From an uncultured delta proteobacterium (lineage in GTDB: Bacteria > Myxococcota > Myxococcia > Myxococcales > Myxococcaceae): a stretch of 64,000 nucleotides of DNA. Numbering within the stretch: the first letter of the stretch is position 1; every line of letters starts with the position of its first letter. Both the position numbers and the translations under genes were made by a program. Below the pieces are notes generated by a model. That model had not been told where the DNA came from. It saw only the letters and a list, made by a program, of their open reading frames with translations, and made no database searches. Location of the stretch: assembly GCA_963796055.1 (NCBI GenBank), contig CAWCKH010000003.1, forward strand, positions 352,001-416,000, written 5' to 3'. Below, piece by piece: positions 49,518-59,523 of the stretch.

Positions 49518-50594
49518 TCAGTACAGCGTCTGCAGCTCGGTCCCCGGGTAGAAGTGGGCGAGGATGGCCCGGTAGTCCTGGCCGGAGTCGGCCATCTCCT
49601 TGGCTCCCCACTGGGAGAGGCCGGCGCCGTGTCCCAGGCCGCGGCCGGTGAGCACGGCCCCGCCGCCCGAGCTGGGGGCCACGTCGAAGGCGAGGGAGCG
49701 AACCCGGTCGTACCCGAGCCGCTGGCGGAACTCGACCCCGCTGAGGCTCCTGCCCCCGAGCTCGAGTCGGCGGACGCGGCCGGTGGGTGTCCGCGCCGCA
49801 ACCCGGAGCTCGCCCCGACCGCCGCCGAAGGCCCGCTCCAGCGCGCCGGCCTCGAGGTCCGCCTTCCAGCGGGTGGCCGGCCCAGGGCGGCACTCGCAGG
49901 CGACGCTCTGGAGATAGGGCAGGTCGCGGCCGAGCGCATCGAGCCCGGTCTCGGTGTTCCCCTCGCAGGAGGCGTGGAAGTAGGCCTCGATGGGCGCCAG
50001 CTGGAAGGTGAGGACTTGCCCGGCGGTGGCAGCAGTGGCGGCGCGCGTCCGGGGGTTCTCGCGGTTCACCCCGCCGTAGACCTGGGCGAGCACGCTGCTG
50101 CCGAGGTGAACGGGCTGCCCGAGGGCGTCGATCTTCCGCTGGAGGGCGTAGGTGCGCGCGGCGACTGCCTGGGCCTTGAGGGCCTCCATGGGGAAGCCCA
50201 CCGGCATCTCGCCGCCGAGGACCGCGGCCACGTAGTCCTCGAGCGGGAGCACGTTGACCAGGAGTACCTTGCTGCCCCTGGGCAGGGCGACCACCTCGCC
50301 GCGGACCTCGGTGCTGCCGGCGCGGAGGGCGTGCCCGGTGTCGGAGGTGCGGAACCGGATCGCGCCCTCCACCCGCTCGCCCTCCACCTCCAGCGCGTCG
50401 CCGACGTGGCGGATGCGGACCTCGTCGCGGTCGAGCGGCTGGAACGGGCCGTCCTCGGAGTCCGGACCGAGCTGCAGCCCCTTTCCCCGGACGACGACCT
50501 CGCGCTCGGGGCGCTCACCCATCGCGATGCGGACGGTCTCGGCGGCGTGCGCGCTGGTGGCGATGAGGAGCGGAAGGAGGAGGACCGGGCGCAT
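49518..50594 (-). CDS. SpoIID/LytB-domain peptidoglycan lytic transglycosylase
   Basis: VNVLPLEDYV..V..GEM, EALKAQAVAARTYA, QVYGG, GHGAGLSQWGA and ILAHFYPG; signal peptide. Confidence 0.92.
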   Translation of the reverse strand: MRPVLLLPLLIATSAHAAETVRIAMGERPEREVVVRGKGLQLGPDSEDGPFQPLDRDEVRIRHVGDALEVEGERVEGAIRFRTSDTGHALRAGSTEVRGEVVALPRGSKVLLVNVLPLEDYVAAVLGGEMPVGFPMEALKAQAVAARTYALQRKIDALGQPVHLGSSVLAQVYGGVNRENPRTRAATAATAGQVLTFQLAPIEAYFHASCEGNTETGLDALGRDLPYLQSVACECRPGPATRWKADLEAGALERAFGGGRGELRVAARTPTGRVRRLELGGRSLSGVEFRQRLGYDRVRSLAFDVAPSSGGGAVLTGRGLGHGAGLSQWGAKEMADSGQDYRAILAHFYPGTELQTLY

Positions 50595-50681
50595 CGCTGG
50601 CCCAGGATCGCCGCTCTCGCTGGCCTGCGCCAGAACGTCGCCACCGGCCGGTGAGCGGGTGCACCCTGGGGGCGCGCTAGA

Positions 50682-51542
50682 ATGGCATGCGTGCTCTTCC
50701 TTCTGTTCGCCACGCTCGGGCTCATCGCGCCGGGGGCGAGTGAGGGCGCACGGCCCGGCGACCTTCCGCTCTTCGTCGTCGAGCGGAGCCGGGTGATCTG
50801 GCCACAGAGGTGCTCACGCGCGGCGAGCCAGGTTCCCGCCGAGCTTCGGTCGCAGATGCGCAGAGCCCTCGGGGACAAGGGCCTCTTGATCGGCGACGGG
50901 CGGATGGACGAGGTGACGTTCGAGACGCCGGAGTGCATGCCGGGCGAGTGCGGTAGCGGACAGCTCTCGGTCCCGCTCGCGGTGCGGCAGTCCGAGCGGT
51001 CCGGCATCGTCCTGCCGGCCGGTCGGATCGAGACCGGGGCGATTCATCCGTTGAGGCTGGTGGGCATCGAGGGGAGCGATCCGGACGGTCTTCGACCCGG
51101 GCTGGGGCCGGCCATGGAGTCTCCTCCGCCCTGCGGTGAGCCGCCGCCGGCGCCCTCGGTGTCGCCCGCGAGCGGGCTGCTGGTCAGCTGCCTCAGCTAC
51201 CTCGAGGCGAGCGGAGATCTCGGTGTGCAGGTCCAGGGACGCGGCCGACTGCAAGAGAACGGCTTCGCGCTCTACGACGTCGTTCGCTTTCGCGTGCTCC
51301 CGCGGCGCGAGGGGAAGCGGGTCCTCGGGCCATGGCATTGGCAGCCGCGGGGGAAGGGCTCCCACCTCCCCGTTCCCGTCGCCGCCCTCTCCGGAGCGAA
51401 GGGGACCGATCTCCGGCTGCTGTGGTTACGCCGGGAGGGAATCTGCTGTCCCAGCGCCGCGAGCGCCTGGGTGACGGACGTGGGCGAGCAGGTCCGGGAC
51501 GGACCGCAGCACGTCGCCGGATTCGGACAGCCGTGTGACTGA
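50682..51542 (+). CDS. Secreted Cys-containing hypothetical protein (start may be GTG 50691)
   Basis: Hydrophobic N-terminal signal; fills the gap between divergent spoIID and convergent kamA; no family recognised. Confidence 0.55.
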   Translation: MACVLFLLFATLGLIAPGASEGARPGDLPLFVVERSRVIWPQRCSRAASQVPAELRSQMRRALGDKGLLIGDGRMDEVTFETPECMPGECGSGQLSVPLAVRQSERSGIVLPAGRIETGAIHPLRLVGIEGSDPDGLRPGLGPAMESPPPCGEPPPAPSVSPASGLLVSCLSYLEASGDLGVQVQGRGRLQENGFALYDVVRFRVLPRREGKRVLGPWHWQPRGKGSHLPVPVAALSGAKGTDLRLLWLRREGICCPSAASAWVTDVGEQVRDGPQHVAGFGQPCD

Positions 51543-51551
51543 TGCCCGGCG

Positions 51552-52715
51552 CTACGAGGCGCGCGCCGCCCAGACCTCGTCGTACGGGCAGCGACAGTCC
51601 GTCTCCTCGGGCTCCGGGTACACGTACCGCTTGCCCAGGTAGTTCCGGAAGACGGTCTCGTGCCCGCGGCGCTCCACCAGGTACTCGGGCTGGAGCGTCA
51701 CCTTCCCTCCCCCGCCCGGGAGGTCGACGGCGAGGTGCGGGACCGCGAGGCCGGTGGTGTGCCCGCGCAGCTGCTCGAGGATCGCGACCCCCGCGGAGAG
51801 CGGTGTTCGCAGGTGCTCCAGCCCCTCGGCCAGGTCCATCTGGTGCAGGTAGTACGGCCGCACGCGCGTCCTGAGCAGCGCGTGGTTCAGCTCCTTCAGG
51901 ATGCGGGCGTCCGAGTTCACCCGCCGCATGAGCACCGTCTGGTTCTCCACCGGCACGCCGTGGTCGACCAGCCGTTCGCAGGCGGCGCGGGCATCGGCGG
52001 TCAGCTCCTTGGGATGATTGAAGTGGGTGACCACGAAGAGCGGAGCGTGGCGGCGGAGGAGCCGCGCCAGCTCCTCGGTCACCCGCATCGGGAGCGTCAC
52101 CGGAACCCGGGTCCCGATGCGCAGCATCTCCACGTGGGGAATCGCCCGCAGCTCGCCGAGCAGCGCGTCCAGCCGCTCGTCCAGAAGCAAGAAGGGGTCA
52201 CCGCCCGAGACCAGCACGTCCCGGACCTCGCGGTGGGCGCGCACGTAGGCGACGCCGTCCGCCCAGGCATCCCGTCCGAGCACCGCCTCCCCACCCCGGG
52301 TGATGCGCCGCCGGGTGCAGTGGCGGCAGTAGGTCGAGCAGCTGTCGAGGGCAAGGAAGAGCACCCGGTCCGGGTACTTGTGCACGATGGCCGGCACCGG
52401 GCGATGCGGATCCTCGCCCAGGGGGTCGCGCAGCTCACCGGGTCGGATCCGTGCCTCCGCCCGGGTGGGAATCGCCTGCATCCGCACCGGACAGAAGGGG
52501 TGCTCCCGGTCGACCAGTGACAGGTAGTAGGGCGAGATGCCCAGGCGGAACAGATGCTGCGTCTCCACGCACCCGCGGCGCTCGTCGTCGGTCAACGGCA
52601 CCAGACGCGCCAGCAGCTCCAGGGAGCGGATGGAGTGGCGCATCTGCCACCGCCAGTCGCCCCACTGCTCCTCGGTCGCCTCGGGGAAGAGGCGGCGCCA
52701 GTCCGCACCCTGCAT
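51552..52715 (-). CDS. KamA-family radical SAM enzyme (lysine 2,3-aminomutase-like, canonical type)
   Basis: HKYPDRVL, CSTYCRHCTRRR, SGGDP, HFNHP, QMD and VDLPGGGGK (PLP Lys). Confidence 0.9.
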   Translation of the reverse strand: MQGADWRRLFPEATEEQWGDWRWQMRHSIRSLELLARLVPLTDDERRGCVETQHLFRLGISPYYLSLVDREHPFCPVRMQAIPTRAEARIRPGELRDPLGEDPHRPVPAIVHKYPDRVLFLALDSCSTYCRHCTRRRITRGGEAVLGRDAWADGVAYVRAHREVRDVLVSGGDPFLLLDERLDALLGELRAIPHVEMLRIGTRVPVTLPMRVTEELARLLRRHAPLFVVTHFNHPKELTADARAACERLVDHGVPVENQTVLMRRVNSDARILKELNHALLRTRVRPYYLHQMDLAEGLEHLRTPLSAGVAILEQLRGHTTGLAVPHLAVDLPGGGGKVTLQPEYLVERRGHETVFRNYLGKRYVYPEPEETDCRCPYDEVWAARAS

Positions 52716-52729
52716 CGCGTGCTCGCCGC

Positions 52730-54142
52730 TCAGGCCCGGGCCTGCGCGCGCCACCACTCCTGGCCCGACTCGGGCAGCGTGTACACCGGGTCGTAGTACT
52801 CGTACCGCCGCTCGAGCGCGTAGGGGTCCGACAGCTCGATGCCCGTCCGGTAGTTCTTGGTCCAGTAGGAGATGCCGTGCTCGCGATCGTACTCCGCCAC
52901 CTGGTGCACCCAGCGCTTCCCCACGAACGGCACGTCACAGACGATGCGCGGCGTGGCGAACCCCGGCAGGTAGCCCATGATGTCGTGCTGGAGCTGCTGC
53001 GCCTCCGCCACCGACGTCCGCCAGTGCTCGGAGTTGGGGATGATGTCGCACATGTAAAAGTAATACGGGAGGATGTGTGCGTGGTCCTGCAGGGTGAAGC
53101 ACAGCTCCAGGAGATCCTTCGCCGTCGCGTTCACCCCGCGCAGCAGCACGCCCTGGTTCCGGATGTCACGGAACCCGGCATTCAGCACCGCATCGGCCGC
53201 CTTCTGCACCAGGGGGGTGAGCTGCCGGGCGTGGTTGACGTGGGTGTGGAGCGCGAGCTGCGCACCCCGCTCGAAGGCCTTCTTCGCCAGCCGGGCGAAC
53301 CCCTCGAGCACCTTGGGCTGGAGGAAGTGCTGTGGCAGCCCCATGAACCCCTTCGTGGCGAGCCGGATGTCACGGATGTTGGGAATGTCCAGCAGCTGGG
53401 AGACGAAGCTCTCCAGGGTCTGGATGGGGAGGTTCGCCACGTCGCCGCCCGAGACCACCACGTCGCGCACGCCGGGGGTCCGGCGGAGGTACTCGAGGAT
53501 CTTCTCGTAGCGCTCGGGCTGGGGCAGCGCGAAGCGATGCTTCTCCACCTGGGGCACGTCGTTGCCCACCAGGTCCATGCGGGTGCAGTGGCCGCAGTAC
53601 TGAGGACAGGTGGAGAGCATCTCGGCCAGCACCTTGGTCGGGTAGCGGTGGGTCAGCCCCTCCACCACCCACATGTCTGCCTCGTGAAGGCTGTCGCGGC
53701 TGGCGCGGGGGTGGTTCGGCCAGTCGGATCGCCGGTCGACGAAGGCCGGGAGCATGTACCTGCGCACCGGGCAGTGCCACAGGTCGTCCAGATCCATGGT
53801 GTTCAACATCTGCGGCGGGATGAGGATCGACATCGTCGCCCGCTCCCGCTGGTCCCGGTCGACGCTCGCCAGCAGCGTGTCGGGGATGAGGTCGCCGAGG
53901 GCGTCCTTCAATTCCCGGAGGTTCTTGACCGTGTGCCGCCGCTGCCACAGCGCGCTCTCCCAGTCGGCGCGGGAGGCGGAGCGGTAACCGGGAATGCGGG
54001 TCCAGTCCGGCTCCCGGAACTCCCGCTCGAGCGGATAGACGAAGGGCTGAGGCGCGGTGGCGGCCACCGGTGGGCGGCCGCCCGGCGACACGGCCGCGCC
54101 ACCGCGCGCGGGCGCCAGAGGGTTGAGGGGCTTCACGTCCAT
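52730..54142 (-). CDS. Second, divergent KamA-family radical SAM aminomutase
   Basis: THRYPTKVL, CPQYCGHCTR, SGGD, HVNH, YMCD and CDVPFVGK. Confidence 0.88.
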   Translation of the reverse strand: MDVKPLNPLAPARGGAAVSPGGRPPVAATAPQPFVYPLEREFREPDWTRIPGYRSASRADWESALWQRRHTVKNLRELKDALGDLIPDTLLASVDRDQRERATMSILIPPQMLNTMDLDDLWHCPVRRYMLPAFVDRRSDWPNHPRASRDSLHEADMWVVEGLTHRYPTKVLAEMLSTCPQYCGHCTRMDLVGNDVPQVEKHRFALPQPERYEKILEYLRRTPGVRDVVVSGGDVANLPIQTLESFVSQLLDIPNIRDIRLATKGFMGLPQHFLQPKVLEGFARLAKKAFERGAQLALHTHVNHARQLTPLVQKAADAVLNAGFRDIRNQGVLLRGVNATAKDLLELCFTLQDHAHILPYYFYMCDIIPNSEHWRTSVAEAQQLQHDIMGYLPGFATPRIVCDVPFVGKRWVHQVAEYDREHGISYWTKNYRTGIELSDPYALERRYEYYDPVYTLPESGQEWWRAQARA

Positions 54143-54213
54143 GAGATGAGCGGTCCTACTACAGAACGTGCAGCCCGGGGCTTCCCGGAGAGGGAGCGTC
54201 TCCAGACGGCCGG

Positions 54214-54909
54214 TCAGCCCCTCAGCCCACCCACCCGGAACATCAGCTCGAGGAAGAGCCCGTGAATGCCCAGCCCCCGGAGGGGCAGCGCGAAGACCGA
54301 TCCGTCCCGGAGACGGGCCGGGACCGAGAGCTGGACCAGCTCCTCGTGCTCCACCATGCCCTGCCCGTTGCAACGGCTGCAGGCGAACGGGCCGATGGAC
54401 CCCGAGCCGTGGCAGGAGCGGCAGGGGTAGAAGACCGGGACGGTGAGCTCGAGCAGCCCGCCGCGGGCGGCGCGGTCCGGTGGGAGCACCACCTCGAGCC
54501 GGAGCGCCTCCGGGCGCTGCGACTTGGGCAGGTCCGGATGGGTGAAGCTCCGGCGAAACCGGCTGGCCACCTCCTGAAGGCCGGGCCGGCGGACCGCGAA
54601 GTCGCGAAAGAGCGAGATGGGCACCGGCGCCAGCGGCTCGGCCTCGGGCCATGGCGCGGGCGTGATGGGCCGGCGGCGCTCCACCATGCGCTCGCCTCCA
54701 TCGCGCAGACCCGCATCGTAGGAAGCCCGGCGGTCCGGATCCGCGAGCACCCGGTACGCCGCGACGATGTCCTGGAAGAAGGGCATTCCTTGCGAGCCGG
54801 CGCGGTCCGGGTGGTAGCGCTGGACGAGCTCGCGAAACGCGCTGCGGATTCCGTGCGACGACTCGAGGGGATCGACCCCCAGGACGACGTAGTAGTTCCT
54901 GGTCTCCAT
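54214..54909 (-). CDS. J-domain protein with a partial DnaJ zinc finger
   Basis: NYYVVLGV, YHPD and AYRVLADP; only two CxxCxGxG units (CRSCHGSG, CSRCNGQG). Confidence 0.85.
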   Translation of the reverse strand: METRNYYVVLGVDPLESSHGIRSAFRELVQRYHPDRAGSQGMPFFQDIVAAYRVLADPDRRASYDAGLRDGGERMVERRRPITPAPWPEAEPLAPVPISLFRDFAVRRPGLQEVASRFRRSFTHPDLPKSQRPEALRLEVVLPPDRAARGGLLELTVPVFYPCRSCHGSGSIGPFACSRCNGQGMVEHEELVQLSVPARLRDGSVFALPLRGLGIHGLFLELMFRVGGLRG

Positions 54910-55078
54910 CGGCCCTCCGGCGGGCGAGCGACGGACCTCGGCCAGGAGGTCGGGGCAACTTCGCCCGAGCCAGAAGCGACCACTAACGCAGCCCGGGGCG
55001 CAGTCAAGCCTCGCCTGCCGGCCAGGTGGCGGACCGGTTGTTGCACCCCGGAGGGTGTCCGTCACCAGGAGACGCATC

Positions 55079-55681
55079 ATGGCCACCGTCCTCGTCGTCT
55101 ATGCCACCCGCGACGGGCAGACCCGGAAGATTGCCGAGCGCATCGCGACCGTTCTCCGGGTCCGCCGTCACGCCGTCGAGCTGCTCGACGCCGCCCGGCC
55201 GTCCCGCGAGCTGGACCTCGGGCGCTTCCAGGCGGTCTTCGTCGGCTCGCCGATCCACGCCCAGGGATACCTGCGACCCGTCGTTCGGTTCGTCCAGGAG
55301 CACCGCGCGGCGCTCGAGCGCGTCCCGACCTTGTTCTTTTCGGTGGGGCTCGCGGTGCTCAGCAAGGTGAGCGACGGCCGGGCGCAGACCATGGAGATCG
55401 TCGACAAGCTCATCGCCACCACCGGCTGGCGTCCCGGGCGGATCGAGCTGGTCGCCGGGGCGCTCCCGTACACCCGGTACAACTTCCTCGTTCGCTTCGT
55501 GATGCGGCGGATCTCGAAGAAGGAGGGCGGGGACACCGATACCTCGCGCGACTACGAGTACACCGACTGGAGCGCGGTCGACCGCTTCGCGCTCGAGCTC
55601 GTGGACGAGGCCACGGCGAGGCGCGCCCCCGGGGCACCGACCCCACCCACCCGGGGCACGGGCCCGGAGGCGCGGGCATGA
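55079..55681 (+). CDS. hemG: Flavodoxin-type menaquinone-dependent protoporphyrinogen oxidase-like protein
   Basis: YATRDGQTRKIA, FFSV, AGALPYTRY and GGDTDTSRDYEYTDW resemble HemG. Confidence 0.75.
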   Translation: MATVLVVYATRDGQTRKIAERIATVLRVRRHAVELLDAARPSRELDLGRFQAVFVGSPIHAQGYLRPVVRFVQEHRAALERVPTLFFSVGLAVLSKVSDGRAQTMEIVDKLIATTGWRPGRIELVAGALPYTRYNFLVRFVMRRISKKEGGDTDTSRDYEYTDWSAVDRFALELVDEATARRAPGAPTPPTRGTGPEARA

Positions 55682-56142
55682 GCGCGTCCCCGGATGGAGT
55701 CAGCCGCGCCTTCCAGACCTTTCTGGACGAGGCACCAGGACAGGCAGAGGCGTGGCTGGGCGCGGCCCGAAGGCTGGAGGAAGCCACCGCGCTCGACGAG
55801 AAGACCTTGCACCTTGCCTACTTGGCCGTGCTCGCGGCGATGCGCCTCCAGGGGGGCCTTCCGGCACATGTCCAGCTCGCCCGGGAGGCGGGCGCTTCGC
55901 GTGCGGAGATCGCGAGCGCGGTGCTGGTGGGACTCCCGGCCGCCGGGAACATGGTCATCCAGTCACTGCCCATCGCGCTCGCAGCCTACGATGCGGCGGA
56001 ACGTTCCAGCAGGGACGGTCAGGCGACGGCGCGAACGCAACCGGTGCGCCCCGGTCGACGAAGGGCGCAGCCACTGCAGAGGGGTCACTCGAAGCGGAGC
56101 GCGTCGATGGGATCCAGGCGCGAGGCCTTCCGCGCCGGGTAG
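55678..56142 (+). CDS. Carboxymuconolactone decarboxylase / AhpD-like protein
   Basis: ALDEKTLHLAYLAVLAA and HVQLAREAGASRAEI; ATGA-coupled to hemG; the 3' tail overlaps the convergent permease. Confidence 0.8.
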   Translation: MSASPDGVSRAFQTFLDEAPGQAEAWLGAARRLEEATALDEKTLHLAYLAVLAAMRLQGGLPAHVQLAREAGASRAEIASAVLVGLPAAGNMVIQSLPIALAAYDAAERSSRDGQATARTQPVRPGRRRAQPLQRGHSKRSASMGSRREAFRAG

Positions 56143-57314
56143 AGGCCGAACACCACCCCCACCAGCGCGCTGAACCCCAGCGAGAGGACCACCGTCCCGG
56201 CGCGGATGATGGTGGGCCAGTGGAACTCGTGCGCCAGCAGCAGCGCTGCGCCGATGCCGACCGCCACGCCGATCAACCCGCCGCCCGCCGAGAGCGCGAG
56301 GGCCTCGGCCACGAACTGGGTCAGGATGTCGCCCGGCTTTCCCCCCACCGCCATGCGGATGCCGATCTCCCGCGTCCGCTCGGTGACGCTGACCAGCATG
56401 ATGTTCATGATGCCGATCCCACCCACCAGCAGCGAGACCGCGGCGATGCTGGCCAGCAGCGTGGTCAGTACCTGGGTGCCCTGGGCCTGGGCGCTGGCGA
56501 TCTCCGAGAGGTTCCGGACCGAGAAGTCGTCGTCGATGCCCGGGGCCAGCCGGTGCCGATCACGGAGGAGCCCGGCGATCTGCTGCTGCGCGCGACCGGT
56601 CGCGTCGGCCGACACCGCGCCCACGAAGATGGCGCCGGGGAGGAACTTGCTCAGCCCACCTTGGATCTTGGCCTGGAACGTGGTGACCGGAACGAAGGCC
56701 GCATCGTCGTAGTCCTGCCCCATGGGTGACTGGCCCTTCTTCGCCAGCACCCCGATGACCTGGAAGGGCACCATCTTGATCCGCACCGTGCGGCCCACCG
56801 GATTGGCGCCCGTACCGTAGAGCTTCTCCACCACCGTCTGCCCGAGCCACACCACCTTCGCCCCTGCGGTGACGTCCTCGGCGGTCATCCGCTGGCCAGC
56901 CGCGACGGACCAGTTCCGGATCTGGAAGTACTCGGGCGTCGTGCCCACCGCCGGGGTGGTCCAGTTCTGCTCCTCCGCCTGGACCACGCTCGCTGCCCGC
57001 AGCACCGGCGCGGCGAGCTTCACTGCGCTCAGCTCGGTCTGGATCGCCTTCAGGTCCTCCCAGGTCAGGGTGGGCTGGGTTCCGAATCCCCCTTGCATTC
57101 CACCGGTCGCCGTGGAGCCCGAGAGAACGATGAGGAGGTTGGTCCCCATCGACTCGAAGGTCTGCTGCACCCGGTACTTCGCGCCCTCGCCGATGGCGGT
57201 CATGGCGATCACCGCGGCCACCCCGATGACCACCCCGAGCGTTGTCAGGAAGGAGCGCAGCCGGTTGCGCCCGAGCGCACGGCCGGCGAGCCGCACCAGG
57301 GTGCCCGCTCTCAT
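56085..57314 (-). CDS. MacB/FtsX-type ABC exporter permease
   Basis: [48 protein letters not shown] and [15 protein letters not shown]. Confidence 0.94.
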   Translation of the reverse strand: MRAGTLVRLAGRALGRNRLRSFLTTLGVVIGVAAVIAMTAIGEGAKYRVQQTFESMGTNLLIVLSGSTATGGMQGGFGTQPTLTWEDLKAIQTELSAVKLAAPVLRAASVVQAEEQNWTTPAVGTTPEYFQIRNWSVAAGQRMTAEDVTAGAKVVWLGQTVVEKLYGTGANPVGRTVRIKMVPFQVIGVLAKKGQSPMGQDYDDAAFVPVTTFQAKIQGGLSKFLPGAIFVGAVSADATGRAQQQIAGLLRDRHRLAPGIDDDFSVRNLSEIASAQAQGTQVLTTLLASIAAVSLLVGGIGIMNIMLVSVTERTREIGIRMAVGGKPGDILTQFVAEALALSAGGGLIGVAVGIGAALLLAHEFHWPTIIRAGTVVLSLGFSALVGVVFGLYPARKASRLDPIDALRFE

Positions 57315-58049
57315 GCGGTGGCCTCCGCCGGCATCGAGACCAGGCTGGGATCGGCCCGCATCGGGCTCTGCCGGCGGTCGCTGAGGATGCGTCCGTCGCG
57401 CATCCCCACCATCCGCCCGGCACAGCGGCCGATGTCCGCCTCGTGGGTGACCAGAAGGATGGTCACCCCTGCCCGGCCGAGCTCCTGGAAGATCTGCATC
57501 ACCTCCATGCTGGTGCGGGTGTCGAGCGCGCCGGTGGGCTCGTCGGCCACGATGAGTCGCGGGTCGTTCACCACTGCGCGGGCGATGGCGACCCGCTGCT
57601 GCTGTCCACCCGACAGCTGGTTCGGTGGATGCGCCGCGCGGTCGGCGAGGCCCACCCGCTCGAGGGCACCGAGCGCGCGCTCCCGCCGCTCCCGCGCGGG
57701 GAGCCCGGCGTATACCAGCGGCAGCTCCACGTTCTCCAGCGCGGTGGTCCGCGGGAGCAGGTTGAAGTGCTGGAAGACGAAGCCAATCTGTCGGTTACGC
57801 ACCTCGGCCAGACGCGCCCGCGAGAGCCCGCCCATCTCGGCGCCGCCGAGGCGGTACGTGCCCGAGGTGGGTCGATCCAGGCAGCCGACGATGTTCATCA
57901 AGGTCGACTTGCCCGAGCCGGAAGGGCCCATCACCGCCACGAACTCGCCCTCGTCGATGCGGAGGTCCACGTGTTGCAGCGCCGGGACCTCCACCTCGCC
58001 CATCCGGTAGATCTTGCTCACGTCCTCGAGCGGAGATCAGCGGCGCCAC
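57311..58049 (-). CDS. MacB/LolD-type ABC ATPase, with an apparent +1 frameshift at about 58032 near the N-terminus
   Basis: [23 protein letters not shown] and ADEPTGALD. Deleting one G at 58032-58033 joins the GAGG-preceded GTG 58049 to give [14 protein letters not shown]. Confidence 0.9.
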
Positions 58050-58059
58050 CGGTACGCCT

Positions 58060-59331
58060 CTAGAAGACCCGGCCATAGCTGCCCGGTCCGCTCCTGGACG
58101 GCGCCACTGCCTCGGTGACCACGGCGTCGCCGTGGTCGAGGCCTCCCTCGAGCACCTCCGAGAGCACGCCATCCGAGACGCCGATGCGAACAGGCACTGG
58201 ACGCGGCTGGCCGTCCCGGAGCACCCACAGCAGCCGCTGGTCCGGCCGGAGGACCGGAACGGCAGGAGCGCCGCTCACCATCGCCGGGGGAGCCCGGAAG
58301 CGCACCGCCGCGTTCGGCACCCGGAGGACGTCGGCCCGGTCGGCGTAGACCACCGTCACGTTCGCGGTCATCCCGGGCTTCAGCTTGAGCTCGAGGTTGT
58401 CCACGTCGATGACCGCGTCGTAAGTGACCACGTTCTGCACGGTCTGGGGCGCGTTGCGCACCTCCCGGATGGTCCCGCGGAACGTCTCCGCGGGGTAGGC
58501 GTCGACGGTGAAGCTCGCCGCCATCCCCGCGGCGATGCGCCCCACGTCCGCCTCGGCCACGCTGGTGTCCACTTGCATTCTCCGGAGGTCCTGGGCCACG
58601 AGGAACAGCGTGGGCGACTGAAGGGTGGCGGCGACGGTCTGCCCCACGTCCACGTTCCGCGAGATGACGACTCCGTCGATTGGCGCGACGATGGTGGTGT
58701 AGGCCAGGTTGATCTCCGCCTGGTGCAACGTGGCCCGGGCGTCCGCCTCCTGCGCCAGCGCGGCGCGGCCCTGCGCCTGCGAGACCCGAAGTGCCGTCTC
58801 GCTGTCGTCCAGCGCGGACTGCGACACCAGGGACTCCTTGCGCAGGGCCCGGTTTCGCTCGGTCTGGATCCGGGCATTGGCGAGCTGCGACTCGGCGAGC
58901 TGACGGTTAGCGGCCGCGGTCTGGACCTTCGCCCTCGCCTGCTCGACGGCTGCCGCGTACAGCGAGGGGTCGATGCGGGCGACCACCTGCCCCTTGCGGA
59001 CGACCGTGTTGAAGTCGGCGCCGAGCCACTGGATGCGTCCAGAGATCTGGCTCCCCACCTGCACCGTGACCAGCGCCGAGAGCGTCCCCGAGGCAGTCAC
59101 CCGCGCCTGGATCGGCCCCCGAGAGACCAGGGTGGTCTCGAACTTGAAGACGCTCGGCTTGACCTGGCGTGGACGGAGCGCCTCGAACACCAGCGCCACG
59201 ACGACCGCCAGCAGCACCAGCCCCCCCGCGAGCAAGGGACGCCAGTGCCGTCGCAACCAGCCGCTGGCCGGACGGTCGCGACGGTCGGGCTCCTCGCCCG
59301 TGGCGACCACTCCGCGGTGCACCGATTCCAT
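58060..59331 (-). CDS. MacA-like periplasmic adaptor (membrane fusion protein); start uncertain
   Basis: N-terminal TM helix, VQVGSQISG, TIVAPIDGVV, VAEADVG and LKPGMTANV. Confidence 0.9.
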   Translation of the reverse strand: MESVHRGVVATGEEPDRRDRPASGWLRRHWRPLLAGGLVLLAVVVALVFEALRPRQVKPSVFKFETTLVSRGPIQARVTASGTLSALVTVQVGSQISGRIQWLGADFNTVVRKGQVVARIDPSLYAAAVEQARAKVQTAAANRQLAESQLANARIQTERNRALRKESLVSQSALDDSETALRVSQAQGRAALAQEADARATLHQAEINLAYTTIVAPIDGVVISRNVDVGQTVAATLQSPTLFLVAQDLRRMQVDTSVAEADVGRIAAGMAASFTVDAYPAETFRGTIREVRNAPQTVQNVVTYDAVIDVDNLELKLKPGMTANVTVVYADRADVLRVPNAAVRFRAPPAMVSGAPAVPVLRPDQRLLWVLRDGQPRPVPVRIGVSDGVLSEVLEGGLDHGDAVVTEAVAPSRSGPGSYGRVF

Positions 59332-59523
59332 GCTCCACCATGCTGCATCGCGCATGCCCGTGAACCCCTGGAAGATCGCGGAGATGTCCACGGCGCGGCG
59401 CAGTTCCTGCGCGACGCAGCTCCCCGGCGCAGGGCAGGCGCATCGACTTCGCCCGAGCCACCTCCGGCGCACGCTGGACCGCAGAGCCCGGGGCCCACGA
59501 GTTGCACGTGGGCCTTCCCCGGC

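Noticed and set aside
51530..51552. TGT GAC TGA TGC at the end of the secreted protein as possible selenocysteine readthrough
   Set aside because: Readthrough would run into the convergent kamA gene, and no SECIS-like hairpin is evident.
55996..56142. Extended C-terminal tail of the AhpD-like ORF overlapping the convergent permease
   Set aside because: Most likely stop-codon drift in GC-rich DNA; the tail has no recognisable features.
59344..59360. GG-N10-GC sigma54-like site upstream of the macA-like gene (and a weaker one before hemG)
   Set aside because: The match at -24 or -12 is poor, and such spacing is common by chance at this GC content.
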